Part shown: piece after piece, positions 38,481 through 48,887 of the stretch
Position numbering within the stretch: position 1 is the stretch's first letter
How the letters are laid out: the number at the start of each line of letters is the position of its first letter
Source of the DNA: Bryobacterales bacterium
GTDB lineage: Bacteria > Acidobacteriota > Terriglobia > Bryobacterales > UBA6623
Direction: 5' to 3'
Length of the DNA: 64,000 nt
NCBI GenBank assembly: GCA_965248235.1
Contig: CBDFIU010000003.1
Coordinates: forward strand, 1,299,573-1,363,572
The notes under the pieces: generated by a model
The model's input: only the letters and a program-made list of their open reading frames with translations
Databases searched by the model: none
Told to the model about the DNA's origin: nothing
Translations under genes and position numbers: made by a program

Positions 38481-40250
38481 GTGGGCCTCATCGGGAAGGA
38501 CTTCAAAGTGCGCTACCGTAACATGTCGCTGGGCGTGTTTTGGTCGCTGCTGAACCCGCTCATCATGATGTCGCTATTGACTTTCGTCTTTACGGCGGTG
38601 TTTGCCGGTTCGCGAGAGTCGTATCCGTTGTTTGTCCTCATCGGGTTGTTGCCTTTTAATTTCTTCACGCTGGCTTGGTCGACGGGGACGACTTCGATTG
38701 TCTCGAACGCCCAGCTGATCAAGCAGGTCCCGTTTCAACGGGAACTGGTGCCGGTATCGGTGGTTTTGGGCAACTCGGTGCACTATTGCCTACAGCTGAT
38801 TCTGCTGTTGGGCGCGATCGCGTTTTTCGTCGGCGTTTCGGTTTATTGGTGGTGGTTGCCTCTGGTCGTGGTTTGTCAATTGGCCTTTGTGGGAGGTTTG
38901 TCGCTGGCCTTCTCCGCGTTTGACGTCTACTTCCGGGACACCGAGTACATCGTCAAGGCGTTAACGCTGGTGCTGTTTTGGATGGTTCCGATTTTGATGG
39001 GTATTTACTTGACTCAGGTATTGGGAAATAGCCCCTACATGTTGTGGTCGTCCGTAGCGCGTGTCGCGGTGCCTCCGACCAGCGATTTGTAGGGTGCCGG
39101 TGGCACGGCGACGGCCTGTTGAACCAGGCGGTAAAAGAGCTTGCCTCGACTTCTGGACTTGCGGCGGTTGAAGCGGAAGGCGAATTCGTCGAGGTAGGAG
39201 TCGAGATGCTCGTGACTGACCGCTCCTTGATGCGTGCCCAGTATCCAGCGCTTCACTAACGACACCACGCGGTGCACCCGGGGGAGCAGTTTCGAGGCGC
39301 GCGCCGGTTGCCCCTCCAGGTAGCTCACCTCGTGGCGATAGCCGTCGCCTTCGAGCGGTTCGTATCCCAGCCAACCGTCGGTATGGACCACGCTGCCGGG
39401 TTCGATCGACTCGCCGACGAAGGCCATCAAGCTGTCCCCGGAGGCGTTGGGAATGGTGCGTATCCGAACCCGCCCGATGCCGGCACCATCTTCCTCGGCC
39501 GCTACTACAATCAGCGCCTTAGCGTCGGTTTGGCGACCGCGCACGCCCTCCTCCAAGCCTCCTAAGTAAGTCTCGTCAACCTCCACGCGCCCGCTGAGCC
39601 GATCGCGTCCGGGCCGCACCATGGCGCGCCGGAGCTTATGCAACCAAGTCCAGGCCGTTTTGTAGCTGCCCAGGCCCAACACCCGCTGCAAGCCCAGCGC
39701 GCTCGCCCCGTTCTTCTGGCTCGTGAGCCACCACATGGCTCGAAACCAACTCTGGAGGGGTTGGCGGGTGTCTTGAAATATTGTGCCCGCCGTTGGAGAA
39801 GCTTGATGCCCGCAGCCGGCGCACTCCAGCAGCGCTGTCCGCACCGCCCACGCTTTGTCGTGCCCGCATCGCGGACAACGAAAACCCTCCGGCCAGCGGA
39901 GTTGACACAGATACTCTCGACAGGCCTGCTCGGTGGCGAAACGCGCCTCGAACTCGGCCAGATTCCGAGGATAATCTTCCATTTCCCCGATCCTACATCT
40001 TGTGGTCACCTGAGTCAAGTAAATACCCATCCCGATTTTTTACGGTTTCGATCAAGTCAGCCCGCAATACGCTTGGATGTACGAAATCAATCCCATTGCG
40101 GCCGTGGTGCTCGTCATGCGGCGCATCCTGCTGTACGACACGGCCCCGGGCTCGGCTTTTCCGAAGTTGGCGTTGGTGTCGCTGATGACCTTGTGGTTGG
40201 GACACAGAATGTTCATTCGTATGCAACGAGATTTCGCCGATCATTTATAG
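38481..40250 (+). pseudogene. wzm: ABC-2 polysaccharide export permease (Wzm-like) interrupted by IS1595
   Basis: DFKVRYRNMSLGVFWSLLNPL...FWMVPI, then after the IS FYGFD...NPIAAVV...RDFADHL* (stop 40248-40250). Removing the IS and one TSD restores the frame. Confidence 0.88.
38996..40031 (-). mobile_element. IS1595-family element, copy 2 (transposase 39035-39982)
   Basis: Same IRs as copy 1. 8-bp TSD CCGATTTT at 38988-38995 and 40032-40039. I noticed two substitutions relative to copy 1. Confidence 0.93.
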
Positions 40251-40343
40251 TCGAGCGGGCGTAGTCCGCGGGGGTGGCTCTTCGCGGGCATTCGCGGCGG
40301 CCGATGCTAAGATGAAGTTTCCGCGCCAAGGGCGTCTTTTCCC

Positions 40344-41738
40344 ATGAAAATCGGCTTTGTGAGCTTGGGCTGCCCCAAGAATTTGGTGGACAGCGAGGTC
40401 ATGATGGGCTTGCTGGAAGCCCGCGGGCACGAGCTGACCCCGCACCCCCAAGAAGCCGAAGCACTGGTCGTCAATACCTGTAGTTTCATCGACCCGGCCA
40501 AACAAGAATCGGTGGACACGATTCTCGAAATGGCCGAGTACAAGAAGTCCGGCGCCGCCCGCCGGTTGATCGTCGCCGGTTGCTTGGTGGAGCGCTACCG
40601 CGACGATATCCGCGCGCAAATTCCCGAGGTGGACGCCGTCTTGGGAACAAACGAACTCGAACACATCATTGCTCACTGCGAAGGGTTCGACCCCGATTCG
40701 GCGGTCGTCGAGCCCTATCTTTATCACGACCTGACGCCGCGCCGGCCCGCCACGCCGCGGCATATGGCCTACATCAAGATCAACGAAGGTTGCGATCACC
40801 CTTGCAGCTTTTGCATCATCCCGAAGTTCCGCGGAAAGTTCCGCAGCCGGCGCTTCGAGAGCGTGATCCGCGAGGCCGAGAACTTCTTTCGTCAGGGAGT
40901 CGGCGAGCTCAATCTCATCGGACAGGACACGACGGCCTACGGCGACGACCTGGGCCTGCAAGACGGTCTGCCGACCCTGCTCGAGAAACTCGCGGCGATC
41001 GAGGGGGCCGGATGGGTGCGTTTTCTGTATGTGTACCCGAATCGCGTCACGCAGCGCCTGCTCGATACGGTCGCGGCGCACGACCCGCTGTGCAACTACA
41101 TCGATATCCCGTTGCAGCATGCCTCGGCGCGCATCCTAAAACGGATGAAACGAGGCGCGTCGGGCGACTTATTCCTGGATTTGATCGAGCGCATCCGAGG
41201 TACGATTCCCGGTGTCGCCGTTCGGACGAGCTTCATCGTCGGGTTCCCGGGTGAGACGGATCGGGATTTCGAAGAGCTTTGCGACTTCGTTCGAGTGGCT
41301 CGATTTGATCACGTCGGCGTGTTCGGCTACTCCGACGACGAGACCGGGGAGAGCTACCTTCTGGACGGCAAGGTCGATCGCCGCACGATCTATAATCGGC
41401 GTCGGCGGCTGATGGCAATTCAGCGCAAGATTTCGCGCGGGCGCAACCGCGAGCGGGTGGGACAACGGCTGCCCATTCTGATCACGGGTCCGTCGAAGGA
41501 AACCGACTTGCTGTGGGAAGGCCGGCTGGCCGCGCAGGCCGAGGAGATCGACGGCAAGACGTATATCACCGAATTCGCGGGCGACGTTCCGCAGCCTGGT
41601 GATTTCGGAACGATCCGCATTACGCGGGCTTCCGACTACGATGTTTTCGGGTGCCTGGAGTCGGTGCGGGAACGAGTTATCCCGACACAAGCGATCGATG
41701 TTGCGACGACGACGGCTTTCCCGATCCTGGCGCAGTGA
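40344..41738 (+). CDS. rimO: ribosomal protein S12 methylthiotransferase
   Basis: SLGCPKNLVDSE, NTCSFI, radical SAM CDHPCSFC and EIDG TRAM region. Confidence 0.96.
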   Translation: MKIGFVSLGCPKNLVDSEVMMGLLEARGHELTPHPQEAEALVVNTCSFIDPAKQESVDTILEMAEYKKSGAARRLIVAGCLVERYRDDIRAQIPEVDAVLGTNELEHIIAHCEGFDPDSAVVEPYLYHDLTPRRPATPRHMAYIKINEGCDHPCSFCIIPKFRGKFRSRRFESVIREAENFFRQGVGELNLIGQDTTAYGDDLGLQDGLPTLLEKLAAIEGAGWVRFLYVYPNRVTQRLLDTVAAHDPLCNYIDIPLQHASARILKRMKRGASGDLFLDLIERIRGTIPGVAVRTSFIVGFPGETDRDFEELCDFVRVARFDHVGVFGYSDDETGESYLLDGKVDRRTIYNRRRRLMAIQRKISRGRNRERVGQRLPILITGPSKETDLLWEGRLAAQAEEIDGKTYITEFAGDVPQPGDFGTIRITRASDYDVFGCLESVRERVIPTQAIDVATTTAFPILAQ

Positions 41739-41959
41739 CCGAATCCTTAAGACATTGTCCGATTTGCCGCAAAGGGGTCGCACCCGGCGATCGTTACTAT
41801 CCTTTTTGCGGTGAACGGTGTCAGGTGATCGACCTGGGTAATTGGTCGTCGGAAAAGTACGTCGCGCATTCTCCGCTGACCGAAGCCGACGAGCAGCTCG
41901 ACACGCAATACCCACCGGACCCCGCGGTTGATTCGCCGTCCGATTCCCATGACGAGTAA
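41735..41959 (+). CDS. yacG: DNA gyrase inhibitor YacG
   Basis: CPICRK...PFCGERCQVIDLGNW. Confidence 0.88.
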   Translation: MTESLRHCPICRKGVAPGDRYYPFCGERCQVIDLGNWSSEKYVAHSPLTEADEQLDTQYPPDPAVDSPSDSHDE

Positions 41960-42416
41960 CCGCGGCGGTCTTTTGCTGGCTACTTGTTGCGGTGTCGGGT
42001 ACGCGCCCTGGGCACCGGGAACGGCCGGCTCTCTGGTCGCTCTGGGAGCGGGTTATGCGCTGACGGCGTATAGCGGGGTTTCTCCGCTTTGGTTGATGGT
42101 TGCCGCGGCTTTGCTGTTTGTTCCCGCGGCGTGGGCCGCCGAGGTTGCCGAACGGTGCCTGGGGCGCCCGGACCCGCAAGTCGTCGTGATCGACGAGGTC
42201 GTCGGGCAGTGGCTGACGCTGGCGGCGGCGGCACCCGACAACCCCTTTCACTGGGTCCTGGGGTTCGCGTTGTTCCGCGTCTTGGATGTGCTCAAACCCT
42301 ATCCAATCCGGCGGCTCGAGCACTATCGTGGGGGCTGGGGCGTGGTCGCCGACGACGCTGCCGCGGGTCTGTACGCTATGATGATTTTGGCCGGTCTGCG
42401 TTGGTGGTGGGGTTGA
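41949..42416 (+). CDS. pgpA: phosphatidylglycerophosphatase A
   Basis: APGTAGSL, DPQVVVIDEVVG, FRVLDVLKPYPI and GVVADDAAAG. Confidence 0.93.
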   Translation: MTSNRGGLLLATCCGVGYAPWAPGTAGSLVALGAGYALTAYSGVSPLWLMVAAALLFVPAAWAAEVAERCLGRPDPQVVVIDEVVGQWLTLAAAAPDNPFHWVLGFALFRVLDVLKPYPIRRLEHYRGGWGVVADDAAAGLYAMMILAGLRWWWG

Positions 42417-42438
42417 CCTCGCGGGTAATTCGAATAGG

Positions 42439-43470
42439 ATGAGTTCACAACACGAAACTTCCTCCGACAAGCCTCTCATTGAAAGAGTCGAGCCGTCGGC
42501 CGCCATCTACGGCGGCGAGATTGAGGTTCACGGAGAGGGCTTTTTCAACAACGGCAGCTCGCGCGTGCGCGCCCGTTTCGGGTCGGTTGACGCGCGACTG
42601 GTAATCAGCGGCGACCGGCACCTGGTGATCCGAGTTCCCGAGGACGCCACTGACGGCAGCCTGACACTCGAAAACGAGTCGGCGGAAAGCTCCCCCTACA
42701 ATTGCTCGCTCGGTATTACCATCGCCGAAAATCTACACCCGGTTTCGAACCCGGCTGTCGATGAGGCAGGCAACATCTACACCACCCGCAGCGGTGCGCG
42801 GGGCGAAAAGGTTCCGGTTTCGGTTTTCAAGATCGACCTGAATTTCAACGTCAAGCCATTTGTCTCCGACATCATCAATCCCACCGGTCTGATTTTCGAC
42901 AAGTCGCACAACTTGCTGATTTCCTCACGCGAGAACGGGACGATTTATTCGGTGAGCTCGAAAGGCCAAGTCGAGGTCTATGCCGAAGGGATGGGCGTAG
43001 CCACCGGCATGGCTTTCGACAGCGAAGACAACCTTTACGTGGGCGATCGCACCGGAACGATTTTCAAGATCAGCCCAAGCCGCCAGATCTTCGTTTTCGC
43101 GACGATCGAGCCCTCGATCGCGGCTTATCACCTGGTCATGGGGCCGGGCAATGAACTTTACGTCAGCGGGCCCACTACGTCGAGCTTCGACGCGATCTAT
43201 TGCGTGCATGCCAACGGCGAAGTCGACGTTGTCTGCCGCGGCTTCGGCCGTCCGCAAGGCATGGCTTTCAACCAGGCCGGGAACCTGTATCTGGCCGCGT
43301 CCTACGGAGGCCGCAAGGGAGTTTTTCTGCTTCGTCCGGGCGCCGAGCCCGAACGCGTCGTTTCCGGGCCCGGCATTGTCGGGCTGGCCTTTCTTCCCAC
43401 CAAGGAACTCGTTGTCGCCACGACCAGCTCGCTCTATCGGGTCGGCAACGGGTTCACCTCTCGCGACTGA
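42439..43470 (+). CDS. IPT/TIG plus NHL/SMP-30-like beta-propeller protein
   Basis: N-terminal Ig-like segment and repeated NPTGLIFD / ATGMAFD / PQGMAFN blades. Confidence 0.7.
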   Translation: MSSQHETSSDKPLIERVEPSAAIYGGEIEVHGEGFFNNGSSRVRARFGSVDARLVISGDRHLVIRVPEDATDGSLTLENESAESSPYNCSLGITIAENLHPVSNPAVDEAGNIYTTRSGARGEKVPVSVFKIDLNFNVKPFVSDIINPTGLIFDKSHNLLISSRENGTIYSVSSKGQVEVYAEGMGVATGMAFDSEDNLYVGDRTGTIFKISPSRQIFVFATIEPSIAAYHLVMGPGNELYVSGPTTSSFDAIYCVHANGEVDVVCRGFGRPQGMAFNQAGNLYLAASYGGRKGVFLLRPGAEPERVVSGPGIVGLAFLPTKELVVATTSSLYRVGNGFTSRD

Positions 43471-43475
43471 ATGTC

Positions 43476-44717
43476 GTGACCGCGGAAATTATCGCCGTCG
43501 GCTCGGAGTTGCTTACTCCGCAACGGATCGATACGAATTCGCTGTTTCTAACCAGGAAACTGAATGAACGCGGTATCGAAGTTGTCCGCAAATCGATTGT
43601 CGGCGACGACCGCGAACGCCTGAGCGAAGAAATACGGCGGGCGCGGGAATCATCTGACCTTGTCGTTCTAACCGGGGGGCTGGGCCCCACACTCGACGAC
43701 ATCACGCGCGACGCCGTGTGCGACGCTGTTGGCCGAGGATTGGTTTACCACGAGCACATCGTCGAGCTGATTCGCGAGCGCTTTTCGCGGCGCGGGCGCA
43801 AGATGGCCGAAGTGAAGCGCCGGCAGGGCTACATCCTGGAAGGAGCCGAGATCCTCGACAACCCCAAGGGCACCGCCCCGGGACAATGGCTCGAGGACGA
43901 GGCGGGTATTCTCATCTTGCTGCCCGGACCGCCGCGGGAGCTCGAGCCGATGGTCGACAACGAATGCATGCCGCGGCTGGAGCGCATCGAGTCGCCCTAC
44001 CAATACTTCACCATCGTGATGCGCGTCGCCGGAGTCCCCGAATCGGAGCTCGACGAGCGTATCGGCCCGATCTATTCCGTCGAGCCCGACGTGGCGACAA
44101 CGATTCTCGCGGCGCCGGGCGATATCCAGATTCATTTGCGCGCTCGCGGTTCGACTGTCGAGCAAGCCCGAGCGGTCGCCGAAGTCTTGGCCGAGAAGGT
44201 CGACTCCGAGTTGGGCGACAACATCTACACCTGCGGGGCCGAGTCGATCGAGGAAATCGTGGGGCGGCGTCTTCGCGAGCTGGGGCTCACTCTAGCGGTC
44301 GCCGAGAGCTGTACGGGGGGCTTATTGGCACAGCGGCTGACGGCGGTGCCGGGCAGCTCCGATTATTTTGTTGGGGGCTGGGTCAGCTACAACGAAAGCG
44401 CCAAGAAGGCCTGGCTCGGGGTTCCCGAAGCCGTGATCGCCGAGCACGGCGCGGTCAGCGAAGAAACGGCGGCGGCCATGAGCGCGGCGGCGAAGCGGAA
44501 AGCGGGCTCTTCGGTCGCGGTCTCGATCACCGGTTTGGCCGGCCCTGACGGCGGCACCGCTGAAACCCCGATCGGCACCGTCTACATCGGCGTCAGCGGC
44601 CCCGAGGACGAGGTTGAAATTTTTCACCGCCGGTTTCCCGGCGATCGCGGCTTCGTCAGGACTTTGGCGGCCCAAACCGCTCTGGAGCAACTCCTGCGGC
44701 GCTTGCGCAAGACCTGA
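43476..44717 (+). CDS. cinA: competence/damage-inducible protein A
   Basis: AEIIAVGSELL...DTNS, TGGLGPTLDDITRDA, LPGPPRE and AVAESCTGG. Confidence 0.95.
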   Translation: MTAEIIAVGSELLTPQRIDTNSLFLTRKLNERGIEVVRKSIVGDDRERLSEEIRRARESSDLVVLTGGLGPTLDDITRDAVCDAVGRGLVYHEHIVELIRERFSRRGRKMAEVKRRQGYILEGAEILDNPKGTAPGQWLEDEAGILILLPGPPRELEPMVDNECMPRLERIESPYQYFTIVMRVAGVPESELDERIGPIYSVEPDVATTILAAPGDIQIHLRARGSTVEQARAVAEVLAEKVDSELGDNIYTCGAESIEEIVGRRLRELGLTLAVAESCTGGLLAQRLTAVPGSSDYFVGGWVSYNESAKKAWLGVPEAVIAEHGAVSEETAAAMSAAAKRKAGSSVAVSITGLAGPDGGTAETPIGTVYIGVSGPEDEVEIFHRRFPGDRGFVRTLAAQTALEQLLRRLRKT

Positions 44718-44794
44718 GGGAGTGCGCGGGGTGCCGTGCCCTCCGAGAACTCAAAGCTGCTACTATCTCGATGGCTGCAGTTTGTAGGAGGGCC

Positions 44795-46123
44795 CAGTGC
44801 TGTCCGGGGAAAGTTGCACCAACGGACGGTAAGTCTCTGCCGCTCAATGTCTTATGGCCTGTTTTGTCCGGGAACGATTTGAAATTCCGAGGCCGTAAAT
44901 GGCCGCCTGAGCGGAGCATCCCGACGCGGCACAATGGGGGATGAACTTTGGCCGTACGGTTTTCTCCCAACTGATCGAGCACCTGCCGAGCAAAGAGTTT
45001 CACAAATGTGTATTGCGCTACCGCGGCGACTCCTATCTGAAAAGTTTCTCCTGCTGGGATCAGTTTCTTTCGATGGCATTCGCCCAGCTGACCTATCGGG
45101 AAAGCCTCCGCGACATCGAGACGTGCCTGCGTTCGATGCACGGCAAACTCTACCACATGGGATTCCGCGGCAGGGTAGCGCGCTCGACACTGGCCGATGC
45201 GAACGAGTCGCGCGACTGGCGGATCTACGCGGACTTCGCGCAGGTCTTGATTGGCATGGCACGGCCGTTATATGCCCACGACCCGATCGGTGTGGACTTG
45301 GACCAGACTCTGTACGCTCTCGACTCGACAACAATCGACCTCTGCCTGTCGCTGTTTCCGTGGGCCGGATTCCGCCAGCACAAGGCCGCCGTGAAGATGC
45401 ACACGCTGCTGGATCTGCACGGCAATATTCCCACGTTTATCCGCATTACTGGAGGCAAAGTGCATGACGTCAACATCCTGGATGAATTTCTTCCCGAGGC
45501 CGGCGCGTTCTACGTCATGGATCGGGGTTATGTCGATTTTCGGCGCCTCTTCGTGTTCACGCTCTGTTCGGCCTTCTTCGTGGTACGAACCAAAAAGAAC
45601 GTTTTGCTGCAGCGTCGCTACTCCCACCCGGTGGATAGGAGCACAGGCCTGCGATCCGATCACACCGTCATTTTGACTTCCTTCAACTCCGCCCAAGCGT
45701 ACCCGGACTCCCTACGGCGGGTGAGTTATTTCGATGCCGAAACTAACAAGCGGTTGAAATTCCTGACCAATAACTTCACTCTGCCGGCACTGACCATCGC
45801 CCAGATCTACAAATCGCGCTGGCAGGTGGAACTCTTCTTCAAGTGGATCAAGCAACATCTGCGAATCAAGTCGTTTTACGGCACCAGCGAGAACGCCGTC
45901 AAGACGCAGATCTGGATCGCTGTCTCGATTTACGTGCTCATCGCCGTGGTCCGGAAACGCCTCGGGCTGAAAGCGAGTCTTTACCAGATTCTACAGATTC
46001 TCAGCCTTACGTTATTCGAAAAAATGCCCATTTTACAGGCACTCCAGCCATCCGACTCCCAAAACGAATCCCCCTATGACCCCAACCAATTGATTCTATT
46101 CGACTTTTAACCGGACAGCAGTG
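44795..46123 (+). mobile_element. IS4-family element (1329 bp)
   Basis: Ends CAGTGCTGTCCGG and CCGGACAGCAGTG. The left flank GAGGGCC (44788-44794) recurs at 47203-47209. Confidence 0.88.
44941..46110 (+). CDS. IS4-family transposase (DUF4372 plus DDE)
   Basis: QLTYRESLRDIE, LDSTTIDL, VMDRGY and YKSRWQVELFFKWIKQHL. Confidence 0.95.
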   Translation: MNFGRTVFSQLIEHLPSKEFHKCVLRYRGDSYLKSFSCWDQFLSMAFAQLTYRESLRDIETCLRSMHGKLYHMGFRGRVARSTLADANESRDWRIYADFAQVLIGMARPLYAHDPIGVDLDQTLYALDSTTIDLCLSLFPWAGFRQHKAAVKMHTLLDLHGNIPTFIRITGGKVHDVNILDEFLPEAGAFYVMDRGYVDFRRLFVFTLCSAFFVVRTKKNVLLQRRYSHPVDRSTGLRSDHTVILTSFNSAQAYPDSLRRVSYFDAETNKRLKFLTNNFTLPALTIAQIYKSRWQVELFFKWIKQHLRIKSFYGTSENAVKTQIWIAVSIYVLIAVVRKRLGLKASLYQILQILSLTLFEKMPILQALQPSDSQNESPYDPNQLILFDF

Positions 46124-46142
46124 GGTTGTTATATTCCCTCTA

Positions 46143-47178
46143 GATGGATATTTACTTGACTCAGGTATTGGGAAATAGCCCCTACATGTTGTGGTCGTCC
46201 GTAGCGCGTGTCGCGGTGCCTCCGACCAGCGATTTGTAGGGTGCCGGTGGCACGGCGACGGCCTGTTGAACCAGGCGGTAAAAGAGCTTGCCTCGACTTC
46301 TGGACTTGCGGCGGTTGAAGCGGAAGGCGAATTCGTCGAGGTAGGAGTCGAGATGCTCGTGACTGACCGCTCCTTGATGCGTGCCCAGTATCCAGCGGCT
46401 TCACTAACGACACCACGCGGTGCACCCGGGGGAGCAGTTTCGAGGCGCGCGCCGGTTGCCCCTCCAGGTAGCTCACCTCGTGGCGATAGCCGTCGCCTTC
46501 GAGCGGTTCGTATCCCAGCCAACCGTCGGTATGGACCACGCTGCCGGGTTCGATCGACTCGCCGACGAAGGCCATCAAGCTGTCCCCGGAGGCGTTGGGA
46601 ATGGTGCGTATCCGAACCCGCCCGATGCCGGCACCATCTTCCTCGGCCGCTACTACAATCAGCGCCTTAGCGTCGGTTTGGCGACCGCGCACGCCCTCCT
46701 CCAAGCCTCCTAAGTAAGTCTCGTCAACCTCCACGCGCCCGCTGAGCCGATCGCGTCCGGGCCGCACCATGGCGCGCCGGAGCTTATGCAACCAAGTCCA
46801 GGCCGTTTTGTAGCTGCCCAGGCCCAACACCCGCTGCAAGCCCAGCGCGCTCGCCCCGTTCTTCTGGCTCGTGAGCCACCACATGGCTCGAAACCAACTC
46901 TGGAGGGGTTGGCGGGTGTCTTGAAATATTGTGCCCGCCGTTGGAGAAGCTTGATGCCCGCAGCCGGCGCACTCCAGCAGCGCTGTCCGCACCGCCCACG
47001 CTTTGTCGTGCCCGCATCGCGGACAACGAAAACCCTCCGGCCAGCGGAGTTGACACAGATACTCTCGACAGGCCTGCTCGGTGGCGAAACGCGCCTCGAA
47101 CTCGGCCAGATTCCGAGGATAATCTTCCATTTCCCGATCCTACATCTTGTGGTCACCTGAGTCAAGTAAATACCCATC
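46143..47178 (-). mobile_element. IS1595-family element, copy 3, degenerate
   Basis: IRL has a G>A change (GATGGATATT). A 1-bp insertion near 46397 shifts the transposase frame, and there is a 1-bp deletion near 47133. No TSD. Shares the copy-2 alleles. Confidence 0.9.
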
Positions 47179-47202
47179 TCGACTTTTAACCGGACAGCAG
47201 TG
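47179..47202 (+). repeat. second copy of the IS4 right end (24 bp)
   Basis: TCGACTTTTAACCGGACAGCAGTG, identical to 46100-46123. Confidence 0.9.
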
Positions 47203-47211
47203 GAGGGCCAT

Positions 47212-47517
47212 ATGCGATTTCTCATGAAAGTATCCATGTCTGTCGAAAGCGCGAATAGGGCGGCGCGCGACGGGTTTCAAGTGATCCCAAAGATTCTCGA
47301 CCAGGTCAAGCCGGAAGCGGCGTACTTCCTCGCCGAGGGCGGCCGGCGAACGGCGCTTCTGATCGTCAACATGGACAATACTTCCGAGATTCCCGGGCTC
47401 GCTGAACCGTGGTTCCTCGCTTTGAACGCTTCGATTGAAATGCAGCCCGTGATGTTGCCGGAAGACCTGGCGGCCGCCGGGCCGGCGATCGAACAGGCCG
47501 TCAAGGATTTCGGCTGA
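47212..47517 (+). CDS. small conserved hypothetical protein (DUF3303-like)
   Basis: KPEAAYF...GGRRTALLIV...AEPWF...PVM pattern. GGAGG RBS lies within the IS4 target duplication. Confidence 0.65.
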   Translation: MRFLMKVSMSVESANRAARDGFQVIPKILDQVKPEAAYFLAEGGRRTALLIVNMDNTSEIPGLAEPWFLALNASIEMQPVMLPEDLAAAGPAIEQAVKDFG

Positions 47518-47587
47518 CCCCGCGGTCGGCTTCGGCTCATCACCCGTAATTGGGAGAAGTCGCGAATCAGATTTGCCGGCGTGCTAA

Positions 47588-47764
47588 CCCGCATTTCTCA
47601 CCACCTGACGGCCAAGGCACATGACAGGCCCGCCATGACGTCGTTGCGCTTGCTCGCCGTGCTCACCGTAGGGTTCAAGTACGCCTCCGCGCGCCAAGCG
47701 GCGCGCGCCTCGTCCTGAAGGGCCTCTCATGCACTTTGCCTCGCCACGTGGTGAGAAACGCGGG
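47588..47764. mobile_element. 177-bp MITE-like element
   Basis: Imperfect terminal IRs CCCGCATTTCTCACCAC and GTGGTGAGAAACGCGGG. CTAA is repeated directly on both flanks (47584-47587, 47765-47768). Related ends at 38325-38354 and 49280-49308. Confidence 0.72.
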
Positions 47765-47768
47765 CTAA

Positions 47769-48887
47769 TCACGCCACGCGGTATTTCGCGATCGCTTCCT
47801 CATCGAGCTCGACGCCGAGACCTGGTTCGCTTGGAATATCGAGATAACCATCTTTGGCGACGATCTTCTGCTTGGTCACGAAATCACGCAAGGTAGTCTC
47901 TTCCTCGGCGACAAACTCGAGGATGAACGAATTCGGGATCGAGTTGAGGAAGTGCAGCGCGGCGGCCACGTTGATGTAGGTCGTGAAGCCGTGGTTCACG
48001 ACCGGGACGCCGCGGTCGACGGCGAGCGAGGCTACCTTCATGGCTTCGGTGAAACCGCCAACGCGGGTCAGGTCAACTTGGATGATATCGACGCGACCGC
48101 GGTCCATCAGCTCGATGAATGACGAGCGGTTGCTTTCTTCTTCCCCGGCGGCGATGCGGATGTCGGTAGCTTCGGCGAGCTTGCGGTAGCCCTCGTAGTC
48201 GTCGGGCAGCAACGGCTCCTCGATCCAAAAGACGTTGTACTCGGAAAACGCTCGGGCCCGCCGGATCGCCGTTTTAGCGTCCCAAACCAGGCCGGCGTCG
48301 ACCAGCAGATCGATATCGTCGCCCAGCCCCTTACGAGCCTCGCGAACCAAGGCGATGTCGGTCTTCTCATCCTCGCCCATCGGTTCCCAGCCGAACTTAA
48401 CGGCCGTGAATCCGCGGTCGCGGAAGCGCTCGGCGAGCTCCCTGGTCTTGGCGGGGGTCGGTCCCCAAAGCATGCTCGCGTAAGGGCGGATCTTCTTGTG
48501 AAATCCGCCGCCGAGAAGCTTCCAGATAGGCTGTCCGAGAGCCTTGCCCTTGATGTCCCATAGCGCCAAATCGATGCCGCTGATGGCGTGAAAGCCGACC
48601 CCGCGACGGCCTCCATAGGTATTGTTGCGGTACATCTTGTACCACAAGCGTTCGGTTTCGAAGGGGTCTTCGCCGACGACAAGCTCGCGGAGCCCGCAGG
48701 TCACGCTGTGCGAATAGGGTCCTTCGATGGCGCCTTTAACCGCGAGCGGAGCTGAATCGACTTCGCCGATGCCGGTGATGCCGGCGTCGGTCGAAACTTT
48801 GACGATCAGGGCGTCCTGACCGCTGTCGCATAGCTGCTTGACATCGGGAAGGCGTAGATAGATGGCTTCAACATCGGTGATTTTCAT
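47769..48887 (-). CDS. mandelate racemase/muconate lactonizing enzyme family protein
   Basis: ISGIDLALWDIKGK, KFGW, metal ligands LVDAG, WIEEP and AAGEE, PGLGVE. Confidence 0.92.
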   Translation of the reverse strand: MKITDVEAIYLRLPDVKQLCDSGQDALIVKVSTDAGITGIGEVDSAPLAVKGAIEGPYSHSVTCGLRELVVGEDPFETERLWYKMYRNNTYGGRRGVGFHAISGIDLALWDIKGKALGQPIWKLLGGGFHKKIRPYASMLWGPTPAKTRELAERFRDRGFTAVKFGWEPMGEDEKTDIALVREARKGLGDDIDLLVDAGLVWDAKTAIRRARAFSEYNVFWIEEPLLPDDYEGYRKLAEATDIRIAAGEEESNRSSFIELMDRGRVDIIQVDLTRVGGFTEAMKVASLAVDRGVPVVNHGFTTYINVAAALHFLNSIPNSFILEFVAEEETTLRDFVTKQKIVAKDGYLDIPSEPGLGVELDEEAIAKYRVA

